A stretch of 64,000 nt of DNA from Phoronis australis (Eukaryota > Animalia > Phoronida), in assembly GCA_002633005.1 (NCBI GenBank), contig NMRA01000376.1:217564-281563 (forward strand), in the 5' to 3' direction. The translations under genes were made by a program, and so were the position numbers. The notes below the pieces were generated by a model that ran no database searches, was not told where the DNA came from, and saw nothing but the letters and a program-made list of their open reading frames with translations. Shown here piece after piece: positions 26,722-39,930 of this stretch. Every line of letters begins with the position of its first letter. Positions within the stretch are counted from its first letter, which is position 1.

Positions 26722-28224
26722 CTGGTGAAAATTTGACATAGTTAATACTCTTGGATCTATTTCATTTATCAAAACAGTGGAATACAATTTTGTACCGATA
26801 AGATATCTGCAGATAATCAACAAAATAAAACTTCAGAAAAATTGTTTTGTTTTATCTAAACTTGTTACCAAACAACGTCTTTTAATCTTATTTTGTAAAC
26901 TTAAAAACTTCTTGTTCCATTTCTGCGGAACAGTTATTCTTTTCTGGGTACAAGAAATTTCGAAACGCCACTGGCACTCATAATTGAATATATACAATAG
27001 TAAATAGTAAAAAGTGTACTGAGGCGAAATATTATTGCTCGAAATCCATACTAGTTTTTCTTGTGCACAATGAAAGTAGATGTCTCAGACGGGGCTGAGC
27101 CCAGTTGATTACTTTTATGGCCAATCAACTTGTGAATGACAGCTGAGTTTACACTAAGTCCAGTTTATAAGTCACGCCAAGTTTTGCATTTCTCGTTATC
27201 TACACGTCCATTGTTAAGTTTTATTACCAATTCGTGTCAACCAATATCGCACTGACAGATGACAATGTTTTTAAGAAACTTTTTTATTTCCAGCGTTCAC
27301 CAGTTGTGAGGATTTAAACAGGGCCAAAGCCAATTGATCGTAGGTTGATTTATGACTTCGTACAACTCTCGGGACAGCTCGTTTAGAGAATTCTGGTGTT
27401 AACAAGAAGAGCTTAACCAGGGATGTCGTCTGGTTTTTTGCGCTTGTCATGTCGTGTAACTTTTTACGTTTATGGGAGTACAGATATGAGAATGACAGTT
27501 ACATGAACGACGAAGGAATGCAAAGAGCACTACAGCTTGACAAAAATGAAGGAAGCTGTTTATTTAACTTAAATTCGTGTACTTTAGCAGAAGGGGTGAT
27601 TCGAAAGTGCCAAGAACGATGCCAATGTTACCTCTAAGGATTTTCGGTCTGCAGATATGAATGGTGTTATTAATATATATGTCTATAATTATATTTATAT
27701 TTATATTTATACTTGTTTTAGTCTTGTGGAGTGATAGTCATTTAACACGACTTATCAACCCATTTGCTAACTTGCGAATAACATAACATATCTACTTTAC
27801 CAAAACAAAACGTAATATTTGATTACTACGTCTTCATAGAACATGCCTAATTCTTTGGTTTTAGGCTTACAACGAGTCATTGCAAATGTTCGAAAGGGTA
27901 AAAATCTTGCTACTGATGCGCGATTAAGTTGATTGAAAGTTGCTTTTAGTATAACAGTGTCATACGCATCATGTTTCACTATGCCTTTTTATCAGCGTTG
28001 TACATGGAATAAACGTGCAGGGAGTGATAATGAATTGACGAGATAATGACCGGAGGCTACTCAAAACTCTTCAGCTAATTAATCGCTCATAAAACAACGG
28101 CATTTCTGTCGTAAAAGATTGAGCGATCACAGTTCCGTGACTCAGACGGCAAACAGTGGATTAGGGTATTGCGAGTTGATCCGCGCTTTGCACATCAATA
28201 CACTCGCGTCAAACTACTACTTAC

Positions 28225-28479
28225 CAAGGGAGAGTAGAAGGCTGACGGGTCGGCTCCAAACGCCGCCGCGTATCCTTGGGCGGCGTATGCGGCAGCCGCG
28301 GCCGTGTACGAGTCTGACAGGGCAGCGACACGGGGATAGGCGAGTAGACTTGGGGTGAACTGGCAGGAGCATATAGTGTGTCCTGTCTGAGGGTCTGTGA
28401 ATATAGGTCGTCCCGACTCACAGCAAGAAGTACTGCTGGAACTTGTAGTGATATTTGCTTGAGCGGCCGACATCAATAA
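28225..28479 (-). CDS. Irx: Iroquois coding exon 2 (Cys-rich CCESGRPIFTDPQTGHTICSCQ motif, Ala/Tyr-rich region, ...SAFYSPL)
   Basis: Acceptor ttatcttttcag|TTA, donor TTG|gtaagt, 255 nt, phase 0-0. The Cys motif and AFY motif are conserved in Irx N-termini. Confidence 0.93.
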
Positions 28480-28812
28480 CTGAAAAGATAACAAATGACA
28501 CTTTTACCACAGAAAGATAATGAGCAAAAAATAAATATGAGAGTTTCCGACGCTTTGCTTTTGTGTTTTTTTTCTCGGGAACAAAATGTTGTTGATACAG
28601 ACGAAAGTCAGTAAAATTATCAGCACCAACTTCAAGCAAGTACCATGAGAGTTTCGCTTGCTGTCAAAGCGAAAGATTCTTTCAAGCAGAAACTTAGAAC
28701 AAAACGCCCTCCATCGCACTGGCGTGGATTGCCATTAACTTCAATTCCGACTGAAATGTATGTCGACGGAACTGTTTTCAATCACAGTCGTACATGGCTA
28801 AGGGCAATATAC

Positions 28813-28875
28813 CTGGGTGGATGCCAGAGACGCTGCCGCCGACGGGTAGGCATAGCCAAGCGGTGGGTACGACAT
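28813..28875 (-). CDS. Irx: Iroquois homeobox gene, coding exon 1 (MSYPPLGYAYPSAAASLASTQ)
   Basis: ATG at 28875-28873. The MSYPxxGYxY start is typical of Irx proteins. Ends CAG|GTATAT, phase 0, matching exon 2. Too short for the ORF track; read by hand. Confidence 0.9.
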
Positions 28876-28949
28876 CGCGTTAAGAGTTCGGGCTCGCTTC
28901 AGGCTCTGTGCTAATAACTCCACGGCTGGTGATCTGTACCGGTGTTTGT

Positions 28950-29290
28950 TTGCGGATGGTATAGTACTCCGAAGCGGATGGTGTATCTCTTATACAGCCA
29001 CAATGGTAAGCTAGTTTTGGCCTGCTTGTTTGTCCGACTTGTACTTATCATATGTTGACATGCTCCTGACATGACAGTTCAGCCAAGATCTCACCAATCA
29101 TATTAATTTTATGTTCCTAATGCCTACAAATAACTGTACTTGAGAAACGTGATTTGATTGGTCAGCAGTGAACTCTGGTCGGTCATTGGTCGCAGCTTCC
29201 CGACGTCCGAATTGCTTGCTAATCGGATTAGCTCCACCTCCTACCTGATTATTGACACCTTCATGGCCACGCCTACCCGACGCGGTCTCC
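28950..29290 (-). promoter_or_regulatory. Irx core/proximal promoter
   Basis: TATAAGA on the minus strand at 28994-28988, about 115 nt upstream of the ATG. CCAAT boxes at 29094-29098 (+), 29157-29161 (-) and 29185-29189 (-). Three TGACA motifs at 29056-29076. Locally GC/CpG-rich. Confidence 0.6.
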
Positions 29291-32004
29291 AAATATTGTG
29301 TTACGACTGATCTGTCGTGCAGAATGTAACAACGAGAGGTGGAATTGACTTTTTGTTGTAAAGTATAATCGGAATTGTGTCTACCTATCGAAGCACAATG
29401 CCTAGCGTCTCATCTTTAAACACCCCGGCTACTAGTGTTCTACTCGGTCTGAGGCGTTTGGCGCCAGCACTTATCTCGTCTCAGGCGCATCATTCTTTTC
29501 AATTAATTCAACTTTTCAACTCAAATTTTAATGGGATTTCCTTATGGCAAAATTTATTCATGATAGCTGGTAACGGCTAGGTAATAACACCCCGATAGAA
29601 TATCACAGTGTCTACCACTACCAAAATAAAAGGGCAGCAAATTGGCCAACGATCTCGATTTTAATCCCACTTCAATGTCCCCGCTGTGCTCCATTTCTAA
29701 CCACTCTAAGCCAATTTGTTAGAGAGCTCAATCTGAAGATAATCCTCGTTTTCCCTGAAGGAAACGTACATATATTTCATTGAATCATTGTCAGTCGTAC
29801 ATCACCCTTGTATGCGCTCATCTTTACACAATGATTTGAAGGCTAATTGTTATATAAACTGAGTCGAGTTTGTCCAACAACGCTGTGCCCTGTGTATGTC
29901 AATACATCCTACATAACGGGTGTATTTACTCACTGTGTTTGCAGACAAGCGAGTCTCTATTATGCGGAATACAACTTATATCGACCACCAGTTTAAGTGT
30001 CAGAAATGCCTTTGGCAAAATAATCCCCCAAATATTCTGTCAATGTCAATGTAAATAATGTCCAAGACAGAAATTCCCTCGAAACCAACGTTTGACGTTT
30101 AGAAATTTGGTTCTTTCGTGGTTGCGGATAGCTTTAGCAGTGAGGCTAATGTCGTTTGTAACATTCCGACAGAAAGTGATAGGGTATTGTACCCCTGATT
30201 GCTAAATCAGATAGTCGTAGGAAGATCACGGCCCTGCCTAATGAAACCGCCCCGGGAAAGAGATGTGACATAAGCCTGCTATCACGTTAGGGACTGTTGC
30301 TTTGATTGAACAATGACCAGATTTGATAACGTGGGTATATAATGTCCAAGGATACAAAAACCAGCGAAAATTGTATTGATCGATAGACGTAACGAGTAAA
30401 GTGATCGCTCAGACATTGTTGACTGAGACCTCGGGGATTGCATAACCTGAAAAGCGATTAATAAACACAGGTACCCTTCTTTAGTTAGCGAAAATCAACT
30501 CTTTGTGAAAAAGGAACTAATTTAAGTTTCCTTTCAGGCGATGTTTTCTCGAACGACATTGCTAATGTTAAACAGTGGCAAACAGTCGCAGTTCTTGTAA
30601 ATAAAGAGATCTTCTTGCGGACCTACAACTTGTGATCGAAATTTAAACAGCAAACAAACCTAGTAAGTGTTATTTTGATATGAAATGCACGAAGGAAATA
30701 CACTACAAGAGGATTATTTTCAACTGTCGTGTGAATATCCCATTATGGGGATGTAGTACAGCCTCGGGGCTGGCAATTGGCAGTTGTAAAGAGGGAAATA
30801 ATTAATGCCTCCATTTTAAAAGCAAAGAGACACTTCTGTTGATGTAAAATTGCCCTCGTTTAAAATAGAACGCACGTCATACTAATTTCATATCAAAACA
30901 CAGCTCATAGCATGTTCCAAGTATCGTAACGCGTACTGGAAAGCAATTCAACAGGCTATTACTTTGTTCTCCTGAAGGTGTCGCTATGAACTTGTAGGTC
31001 CCCAACTGGCAAAACGTACTACCGAAAAACTGCACGCTTCACGTGGATTATTTGCGATAATGTACAGAATTTTATAAATATAAATATCGTATAAAACAAG
31101 TCAGCTTTGTGAATTCAAAAACATCTAATTCGTTAAGAGTGTGTACAATACATTCCATGCACGATTTGCTGTGATTCAAGTACATGGAAATTTCGACTTA
31201 CATATTATATATCAATGTTAAAATACCGGTGTACCCGAAATGGCATAAAAACAGCTTTCGTTTGCGTGCCTTTTGTTGTTTTGTGGCGAGACCAACACGT
31301 TAATTTAATTGGTGTTGTTTTATTTTCACACTGCTTTAGTCTTAAACACGATATTGAATGTCTGCCTTGTGGCTATACACTAATTAAATTTTATTTTTCC
31401 AAATTAATTCACGTAAAGCTAGTACTGCAGAAAAGAATCATAACACTTCACGGATGTATCATACGTGTCGTCGATTTGTCGCGTAATTATCACATTTTTG
31501 TCACCATTTCCTAAACAATTCTAAAATGTTGTTGGCACGTTTGTGTTCCATGAAGATCAAGAGCTATGAATAATTATTGGGATGAGCTAATATTTACCGA
31601 TACATTGTTTAATGCCGGCTACTCAGGTAGTCATTCTTTCACGTCCGGTTTATTAAGTAAAATAAATATGAACCATTTTGCAACACCGCATCGACGCGCG
31701 TACTAGTTCCCTGTTGTCATAAATTCGCCATACTTACCGTGAAACGACAAACATACTTAAATACTCACAGCGTAAGCAAACATGTATTATCCTAACGTTT
31801 GCCGATTTTAAATGAAATTTATACTTAATCGATTTTTGCAGTGTTTGCTATTTAAAATTGGTTTCACAAATTAAGCTCAGAGTGATACATAGCAATAGTG
31901 CAAGCTTTTTCACACTTTTTATAGACTACATTAGAAAGTTAATATTCCCGCTATTATTCGAACATCAAGGTACCATCCACGCATTCAGTGAAGTGTTACC
32001 CTGC

Positions 32005-32257
32005 CGTCGCCGCCAAACGCTCTGCTGGCGGTGTTAATTCTCACTCGATGATTGTCAAACTGTAAAGTAACCGACCTTAATTTCAGCGAATGTCTGACAG
32101 ACAACGGCGAGAATAACGGGTTTGTAATGAAGTAACAGAACACAAAATATCTTGTCGTTTTATAACTCTGGTCAAAGCTTATAACTCCAACAAATCTATC
32201 CCATCCAACACTAAACCCAATTTTTTTTCGGCCGCAAAACCGACAATGTCCCTTTAA
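32005..32257 (-). mobile_element. Same repeat family, diverged copy
   Basis: Ends AAAACCGACAATGTCCCTTTAA on +; internal blocks TTTCAGC...CAAC.GCGAGAAT...TTTGTAAT are colinear with the 37.6-37.8 kb copy. Confidence 0.6.
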
Positions 32258-35200
32258 TCTTAGAAATAATTTAACTAAGATAAATTAAACAAAATAGATC
32301 TATTTGAAATTTGTTCACTCGTGTATGTTACGGCAATTACCATTGACGGGAAATTGCCTTGCCAACAATAAATAGCGCGTGAAATGTTGATCGTCAGTGC
32401 AGTGTGAACAAATGAACAGGCAATAAAAGGAACAAATAGAGTGGTGTCAATACCACTTTTCAAGCTGTGTGAAATTGGCATGCATGGACCGAGCGGGAAT
32501 AAACATATGTGTCACTGGTACAAGAAGCTATTACGTCGACCGTAATTTTTTCTTACACTGAATAAAAACAAACAAATTATGCGTTCTATGATAAGAGTTA
32601 TCATCTGGAGACCTGACCTATCACGTGCTAACGTGAGAAGAAGCGTTTGTATATAGACATATGAAAGATAATTTACATTGTAGGTAGTTTATCCGCTCCC
32701 TTTTCGCGAGACGAATGCAAGTTAACATGTGTCCAAAAGGAAAACCCGAGATGAACTAAATAAAAAGGAAATGGCGGCTTGCATTAGCTCATACACGCCG
32801 TCCGCGATCTGGCAAAGAGTTATCTATCTCAACCCATTATGTTTCCTTCCTAATGTTTTCTGTGTGAACAAATGGAACACATATTTTACAAACTAAGTGG
32901 AAAAGCGTAACCAAAGTCCCCAACAGGTGGCGTTTAAGACATTTGCCCCAATTACTTAAACTGACGATGGTCTGAGAATTAGCAGAAAATTTCGATAGCT
33001 GAAGAAAACCAACGTATATTTTTGTTTACGCTACATTTTAATCCAAGCTTCATCGCGTAATCCGTTGGACAAACAATGCAATGTCCGTTTAATGATTCTT
33101 CATGGGCTACTTTTCCTAACGCGTGTCATGATGTGTAGTAGTCTATTATAGCCTATCAACAAACATGTATAACATATTTAGCTACGTGTACCTGGCTCGA
33201 TAATTTGTCCAATCTACTACGGTAGTCCTGCCATGACTGCAGTTAGAGGACATTTATCTCGCGAAGACTTGCCACGAACGTTATATCTGATGCGAACATG
33301 ACAGTTATCATATTAGGCATAATGACACGTGGGAGTCATAAGTTGTCATTCATGACGTTGTCGTAGTGATGAACATTAACGTAAAGTATTTTCTGAGTTT
33401 CGATGGCGGCACCGGTACAGCGTCCGTAATAACATATCAAAGACATGTAATTTGATGTTTACACTCAAGGAAAATTGAACGGCATTTATAGCTTATCGCG
33501 TTTTATTAAGTTTCGTTAGCATGTCGTCTTGCAAAATGTATTCGTATACAACAAAGAACCAAGAGCACAATGTTTATCTATTCGATATATGATCATATTC
33601 CGTGCGCGCCCTATCAAAAGAACAAATAGAAAATTATGTCATTTCTCCCATGGGTCAGTCAAACTTCTTGATTTTATTAAGTTCTTGTTTCCGGCTTGAC
33701 TTCAAATACTCGGAGTGCCGTGAATGACAATCAATGTTTCTTGCGCGCGTAACGTGAACAGACCGGGTTCAACGCCCTCGTACGGCAGTGTCTAATGCTA
33801 CCACCTGCAGACGGATGACGCCCATTTTATAATTACAAAACAAACAGTCTATCTCTCAAATAGCAGCATATCACATCATAAGACAACCTTCTAACAGTCG
33901 GCCAAGGCGAACCCTAGTGTACACACACTCCCTTCAATTTCGTGAATTGCGCCTGACAGGTCTGTGTGAAATAGCCCGGGGGTATAGCGTTGAAGAAAGG
34001 TTAGCTTCCCAGACAACAGTCGTCGGGTTATTTTCGAAGATACAAAATGCAACTCTACACAAATCTAATTTTCGAGACGCCGCAAATATTATGTGTAAAG
34101 GTAATTTAGCCATTGTATAAGCTAAACAGATTAAAAATGAAGTCAATTTCATTAAAAATTCATCGAGATGGTGTTCTGGAAACGACCGGGTATCACAGTT
34201 TCAACCGTTGTGATCCTGGAAAGGAATTTTATTCACTATGATATTCTTTCCCTTGCTTCGGAAAACACCGTGAGAATAGCCAATAGAAAGATATGATTTG
34301 ATTTTACGAAATGGAAAGATTTCGTAAATTACACCATCGTTTGTATTTACTAGTTTACTATCAATTACTCCAAGTTCTTAAAAATAGTAGTTTCATGGCA
34401 TTCAAATGTGGCAGCAATTTTGTTGGTGCGCCACCAGAAGCGCAAAGTTAAACTTCAGTTAAATTGTGTTTACTCTGTAAAACATGATCTCATAGTGAAA
34501 GACCCAATCGGTTTGTGTTGAAATTTACTTCAGGGAGTTTTTAACCAAAACGAAGAGGAATGTATCTGAAAGCTGCGTGCTTTTGCGCATGCCGCTCGTT
34601 CAACTGTAGACTACAATCGCTCCGTGATCGATTTCACCAGCAGGCACCGTGGCGCAACACTAAAATTTGCAATAAACGTTTTCCTGGACAAGTGTTAATT
34701 GCAGTGTATAATGTTACGTTAGTTCTGTGCGAGATAATACCAGACGGAATAAACAAATAATTATTACGTAAGGATGTCGTCTCGACTTCTCCCACATAGT
34801 GCGAGGTCTGACATTCCGAATACTTAGCACACGGCTGACCCTTATTATTGAAAACCATGTAACTATAATTTAAGTAATTTTTTTTCGAGGTGCGAACAAG
34901 TAACAGTCTATTAATCGTGTTGACATTTCGAGACCGCATGCACTCCATTTGCCAGAATTTCTATTCAAGAAGACGCACAAATTGCTATAAACCGAGTGCA
35001 CGTCGCGACTAACGTGCGCATTGGTAGACGTGTTAGTTTTTGTTCGGAAAGTAAGAAGAGTTGGCGCTTCAAGTTCACCGCTACTGTACTATGCCCGCGT
35101 GAAGGTCATGAGCGTTTTTGGCGTGTTGAATCATCTGATTTGACTTGGTTTAAATTTGCATAGTTTGATTCTACGAAAGAGCGCGCAGTCTCTTGTGAAA

Positions 35201-35549
35201 GGGGCGGCACAATTGCCGACAATGAATCATGCATGGAATACATCATAAGCTTTTCTCGACCAATTACAGGTTTACTTTGAAAGTCAATCAAAAGTAACCA
35301 TGAGTGTCGAGCTATGAAGACAGGAGATAAGTGCAACCAACCCGGCATTTCTCTAAACGTTCAGCTCATCTCGCACGGAAGAGAAGTTACACCTCCAATG
35401 TGCTTGGGCCCCTTTCCTTTTCTCACTCTTGGTAGATAAGCTCCTGGCTTTTTCACGATGGCTTTATCAGCACTGCAATCCTCCTGCGTCGGTCATTTTG
35501 ACGGCGCCCAGCAAAGAAACAGCTGCCACGGTCGCCGCCTCGATATTTA

Positions 35550-35706
35550 ACTTTGACTGGAAGCCTTTTATTTGAGGAATCTGCAATTTATAATAACTAA
35601 ACAGATTTTTTTGTTTTATAGTTCAGGTCAAAGCTTTGACTTCAAAAAGTCAACCTTATCAAAAATAAATCCCAAAATGCCGTAAAAACCGATTGCGTCC
35701 CTTTAA
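35550..35706 (-). mobile_element. Same repeat family, partial copy
   Basis: ACTGGAAGCC...AACAGATTTT...AGTTCAGG.CAAAG...ACTTCAA.AAGTC...CGTAAAAACCGATTGCGTCCCTTTAA matches 37638-37806. Confidence 0.65.
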
Positions 35707-36529
35707 AGTTGCGTATCATAGGATATTCGAAAGCGTTTGTAATCTCGCTTTAATGAAATTCGTTAGGCAAAATTTCACTTACCAAGACATTCAAACGTTA
35801 GAATAGCATTACACTATCTTCGCTAATTGTTTTTAAAAGGTAGGCAACACAATGCCACCCTGTTTAGGAGTAAGCGATCAATCCCTTTTCCAGTTAACTC
35901 AATTAACATAGCTGTGACGAAGTTAAAAAAATCGTTAATTCACAACACGTTACCTCGTTGTGGTCAAAACTATTTTTGATCTACATAAACCTGGTAGAGT
36001 TGCCTTAACTTGCTAGTCTAACAGACTTGCAACAGTGCACAATAGCCTAGTTGTTCTATTTTCGAGAGACATCGAGTTACCCAGATTTCTCTCAAATTAG
36101 TCATCCTACCTCTCTCACGACTCCCCTCGTTGATGCACGACAGACATGTGTTGTCGTTTCGTCCTCATAATATATCGCTATAATTACTGTTCTTAAACAC
36201 GTATATATTACCCTATGGTTTATTTGCGACGACATACCAAGTAAACATTTTGGACGCGGCATAATTCATTGCAATTTATTCGTCCCGAATGTTGTTTGAA
36301 AAATAGCTCATTTCAACGGCCTGACTAACTGTCCTCAATCGAACCTTTGAAGATATTTTACTAGACTACATAAGCAAAAGATTTTGGCTAATGATTGTGA
36401 ACTTAAACACCAGGTATTCTCTCACAACTGTTTTCTTATTAACAGAAATGCACGTTGAATGACTTGTAAGATTGCGCGGTTGCAAGTGAGTCGATAAAAC
36501 TGCCACCCAACATTGAACCTGGAATGCAC

Positions 36530-36646
36530 GGGCATGTTTCACTAAAATGTCAAAACGGAGTCTTACGACCAGCCGTAAGTTTTGTCGCAAGTTTCCGTTT
36601 AGATTTTGTGTAAAAAACGTCTGCAACATTTTAGTGACACATACCC
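36530..36646. mobile_element. Short palindromic MITE (GGG...CCC ends)
   Basis: GGGCATGTTTCACTAAAATGT / ACATTTTAGTGACACATACCC inverted ends. Confidence 0.7.
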
Positions 36647-37519
36647 TGGATCCAAGGTCCAAGACCGCGGATGTGTGTTGAGTTGATTAGAGAATAGGGA
36701 AAATCGAAAAGCGTTAGTCAAAATGAGATATGTTTGTAAAAATGACATTTTCTTCGAAATGGGGTAAAAATAAGCTCTGCTTTCAATCAAAAAATAGTAC
36801 GAAACTTCAAGGTTTAAATGGATTTTGAGCCATACTCACATGCATGATGGATCAGGGATGTCGTAAGGAGGAGGACCAATCGCAGTTTTTGAAGAAAAAG
36901 TTCCGTTTGCTGTAAGGCCTAAAAACGCCACGCTGACGCTGATGTTTATTTTGGTCTTGTTCGTAAATGGGGGTGGCCCGGGTACCCAGTGCCCCCCCCC
37001 CCCAAGTCCGCTTACGAAAACAAGGGATCAGTGGGCCTCGACTTCAATCTTGCTTCAACTCTGATTGACAGTTTAAGACGCCAAGATATCCGAGACATGA
37101 CTTCTCATTAGCAGAAAAGCATTCCTACAGTGTACGAACAAGCACTTACTGATAAAGGAAGACGCTACAGAATTATTGCGGGGATAACTCAGTGTGAACA
37201 CTTTGCTTATCGACGTCTTTCCTTAACTTAACTGGTTGTTGCTTTTGGTGAGCTGCTGACTATTCTGAGAACTTCCTCTTTATTTCCTTCTTAAACATTC
37301 TGTCTGCATCAACCTCATATCGCCAAGACGTCTTTCGGCAAAGACCGATAAGCTGTCGGTTTGAGTGTCGGAAGACATAAATTCTAGTCAGCGCACGAGT
37401 GGTGGAGCTAATTGAAGTTCACAAGTTCTCAACATAGGGGCATTTTTAAAATGACACAACCACAGAGATGAGAATTTTCGGAGATCAGCCCCCTCCTCCC
37501 CCCCCCCCCCTCCTCTCAG

Positions 37520-37806
37520 AACAGATTCGAACTCGCGACCTCAGCGGTCACTCTCCGACGCTTCGCTAGCGGAGCTAAATCCCATAAGATAGATAGCAGA
37601 GCATTTTAAAATCTGACGCGTTCGATTTCAGCTAATAACTGGAAGCCAACAGCGAGAATTCTGGCGATTTGTAATAAAATGACAAAAGCAACAGATTTTC
37701 TTATTTTACAGTTCAGGCCAAAGACAATAACTTCAAGAAGTCTGTCTCATTCAACAATAATACAAGAAATGTGTTTTTCGGTCGTAAAACCGATTATGTC
37801 CCTTAA
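37520..37806 (-). mobile_element. Dispersed repeat with TTAA(A)GGGAC terminus and internal tRNA-like segment; best-preserved copy
   Basis: The minus strand begins TTAAGGGACATAATCGGTTTTACGAC. 37520-37583 reads GGGATTTAGCTCCGCTAGCGAAGCG...GGTCGCGAGTTCGAATC (A-box-like and B-box-like). Confidence 0.7.
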
Positions 37807-39676
37807 TATGTAAGCTTTGTTGGTGCAGTGATGATGTCATCATTACGTCACACTCTCTTGCAATGATGCCTGCGTCAGATTTTTGGAAATTCCTGAAATC
37901 TAATCTCCAAATGCAAGCTCGAACTCAAGTTATTTTGAATATTTTTGAATATTTACTGTTCTATTTTAGTATGAACTGGAGGTGGAGCAAATACGTAACT
38001 AATCTAATTTCGCTCTTGATGCGCCAGTTATTATAGATTTCAATTCAAATTTGAACTCGAAATCTTGAGTTTGAACAAAAGATTATAGCTTAAATCTAGG
38101 GGTCGCAAATTGCGAACACGGATAACACATTAATAGGCGTAATCCATAAGCTCATCGAATCAAAGACATTACTCAAAGTTTATGAGAAAGTGGCATGAAA
38201 AAGAAATAAAAATGATTAACAATTTGAGTTCAAATTCGGAGGTTAGATTTTGGCACGTGACCTAGTTGGATTGTTATCACTATTCCCTAATGTTGGTATG
38301 ATTTTTGCATTTCGTGAAAATACCTTTTAGAAATTACCAGTGTCATTACCATTTGTATTGTTGCTCTTCTTAGCTTCCATTACAGTTTCTGTTGTCAGAA
38401 ACAGATCTCACGAACTGTTGTGGTTTGTTTCTGTCGTATTAGTGACTATTTTACGCATCTGTCTCGTGCCAAGCCACAACTAGAGGAAACAAAAAACAAA
38501 TAAAAGTTTGCATTGATAAACTGCGACATGCTAACTGACTGACGGCTTTCAAATTGCGCTCGAGACGAATTTAAAAGGACCTTTCTTATTTGGTCTTCAA
38601 TTTGTTTAGCTGGTAGCGCTGCAAAAATGATTGTTGGGCATTGTTGTTTAGGAAACAATGCCTCGTTTTATCATTAATTTTCGCAACGCACACGTGAAAG
38701 CGCGCGTGTACCAAGCATGCAGAATCATTGTAGTTTGAACGCAACACCTCGTTTTCAAGCATAATCATTTTTCGCGAATTCGTGCAAGTATTGAATACAC
38801 TCTATACTTTTCATTTTACGTCATCATAACACCAAGAATATTTTTCTAGGTGGACTCTAAAATAAAACATGAGCCGAAAATCTTCGCCGTTACCCCCGCG
38901 GGCTCATTTGTAAATAAGTCGAAATTAAACTAAGTCTTGTTTACGTCCTCAACAACACGTGATGTTGATTTCGACTAATTCACGTCAATAATTAGGCGCC
39001 ATCAGAGCTCATGGAACGTTGTCCCGGTTGGGGTCACTGAGACGGCTTCGTTAAACAGGTCCATCGTAGCCCCCGCAGCAACATCCTTTGCCCGGTTCAA
39101 ATAGTCGCAGGGGATTCCATCTATTTTCTCTTTAGGTTCCAGTCAAACGCTTTGAACCGTTTTCACAGCATATTGAAAAGGGTAAGCATCGATATTAACA
39201 ACTAAAACGTATGTGTTTAAAATGAAATATCCACACGCAATCCCAGTTAACCTAAACTTTAAAACCCCCAAATCCAACCTATCGCAACAGTTGGTGTGAC
39301 GTCACCAAAGGAATATAACTGCCTCTCTTCAAAAAATGTCACAGGATTGCCTCGTTTTCGTATTTTAAAGTGTGCTCTTTTTGATGAGAAACTACGGTTT
39401 ACAGGCAGATTATAAAAGTGTCATGCTAACGTTAAAATGTTTTTACTAACACTGTCAAGAAGTGCAGGATTGACTTTAACAAGGCAAAACGATCACAAGC
39501 ATTTCCGCTCCAAAATTGTTTACAAAATGGGAACAGAAACGAGTAAACAAAATCTTTCTTGCAGCAGGGCGGAGCAAACCTTGCAGAGAGCAATAGAAAA
39601 TTGTCAATGGCAGCCACTTTCAGCGACGCGGTTCCGTCTCACATGATCACAGGGATGACGATAGCTAATTTATGAT

Positions 39677-39930
39677 AAATCAACTAAAATGAGACGAATA
39701 GTAGTAAAGTATTTACAAATAAAAATAAAAAATAAATCAAATAAAATGAGACGAATTGTGTTTGTTAGTAGCAAAGTATTTACACATAAAAATAAAAAAA
39801 TAAATCAAATAAAATGATACGAATTGTGTTTGTTAGTAGCAAAGTATTTACACATGAAAATAAAAAGTAAATCAAATAAAATGAGACGAATTGTGTTCGG
39901 TAGTAGTAAAGTATTTGCACATAAAAATAA
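39677..39930. repeat. Minisatellite, about 67-68 bp unit, roughly 3.7 copies
   Basis: ATGA(G/T)ACGAAT recurs at 39689, 39746, 39814 and 39881; the first unit has an internal deletion. Confidence 0.92.

Noticed and set aside
37520-37583. Functional tRNA gene
   Set aside because: Has A/B-box-like motifs, but the acceptor and anticodon stems do not close, and it is embedded in a multi-copy repeat.
39677-39930. CRISPR-like repeat array
   Set aside because: Whole units are repeated with no unique spacers; eukaryotic context; no cas genes.
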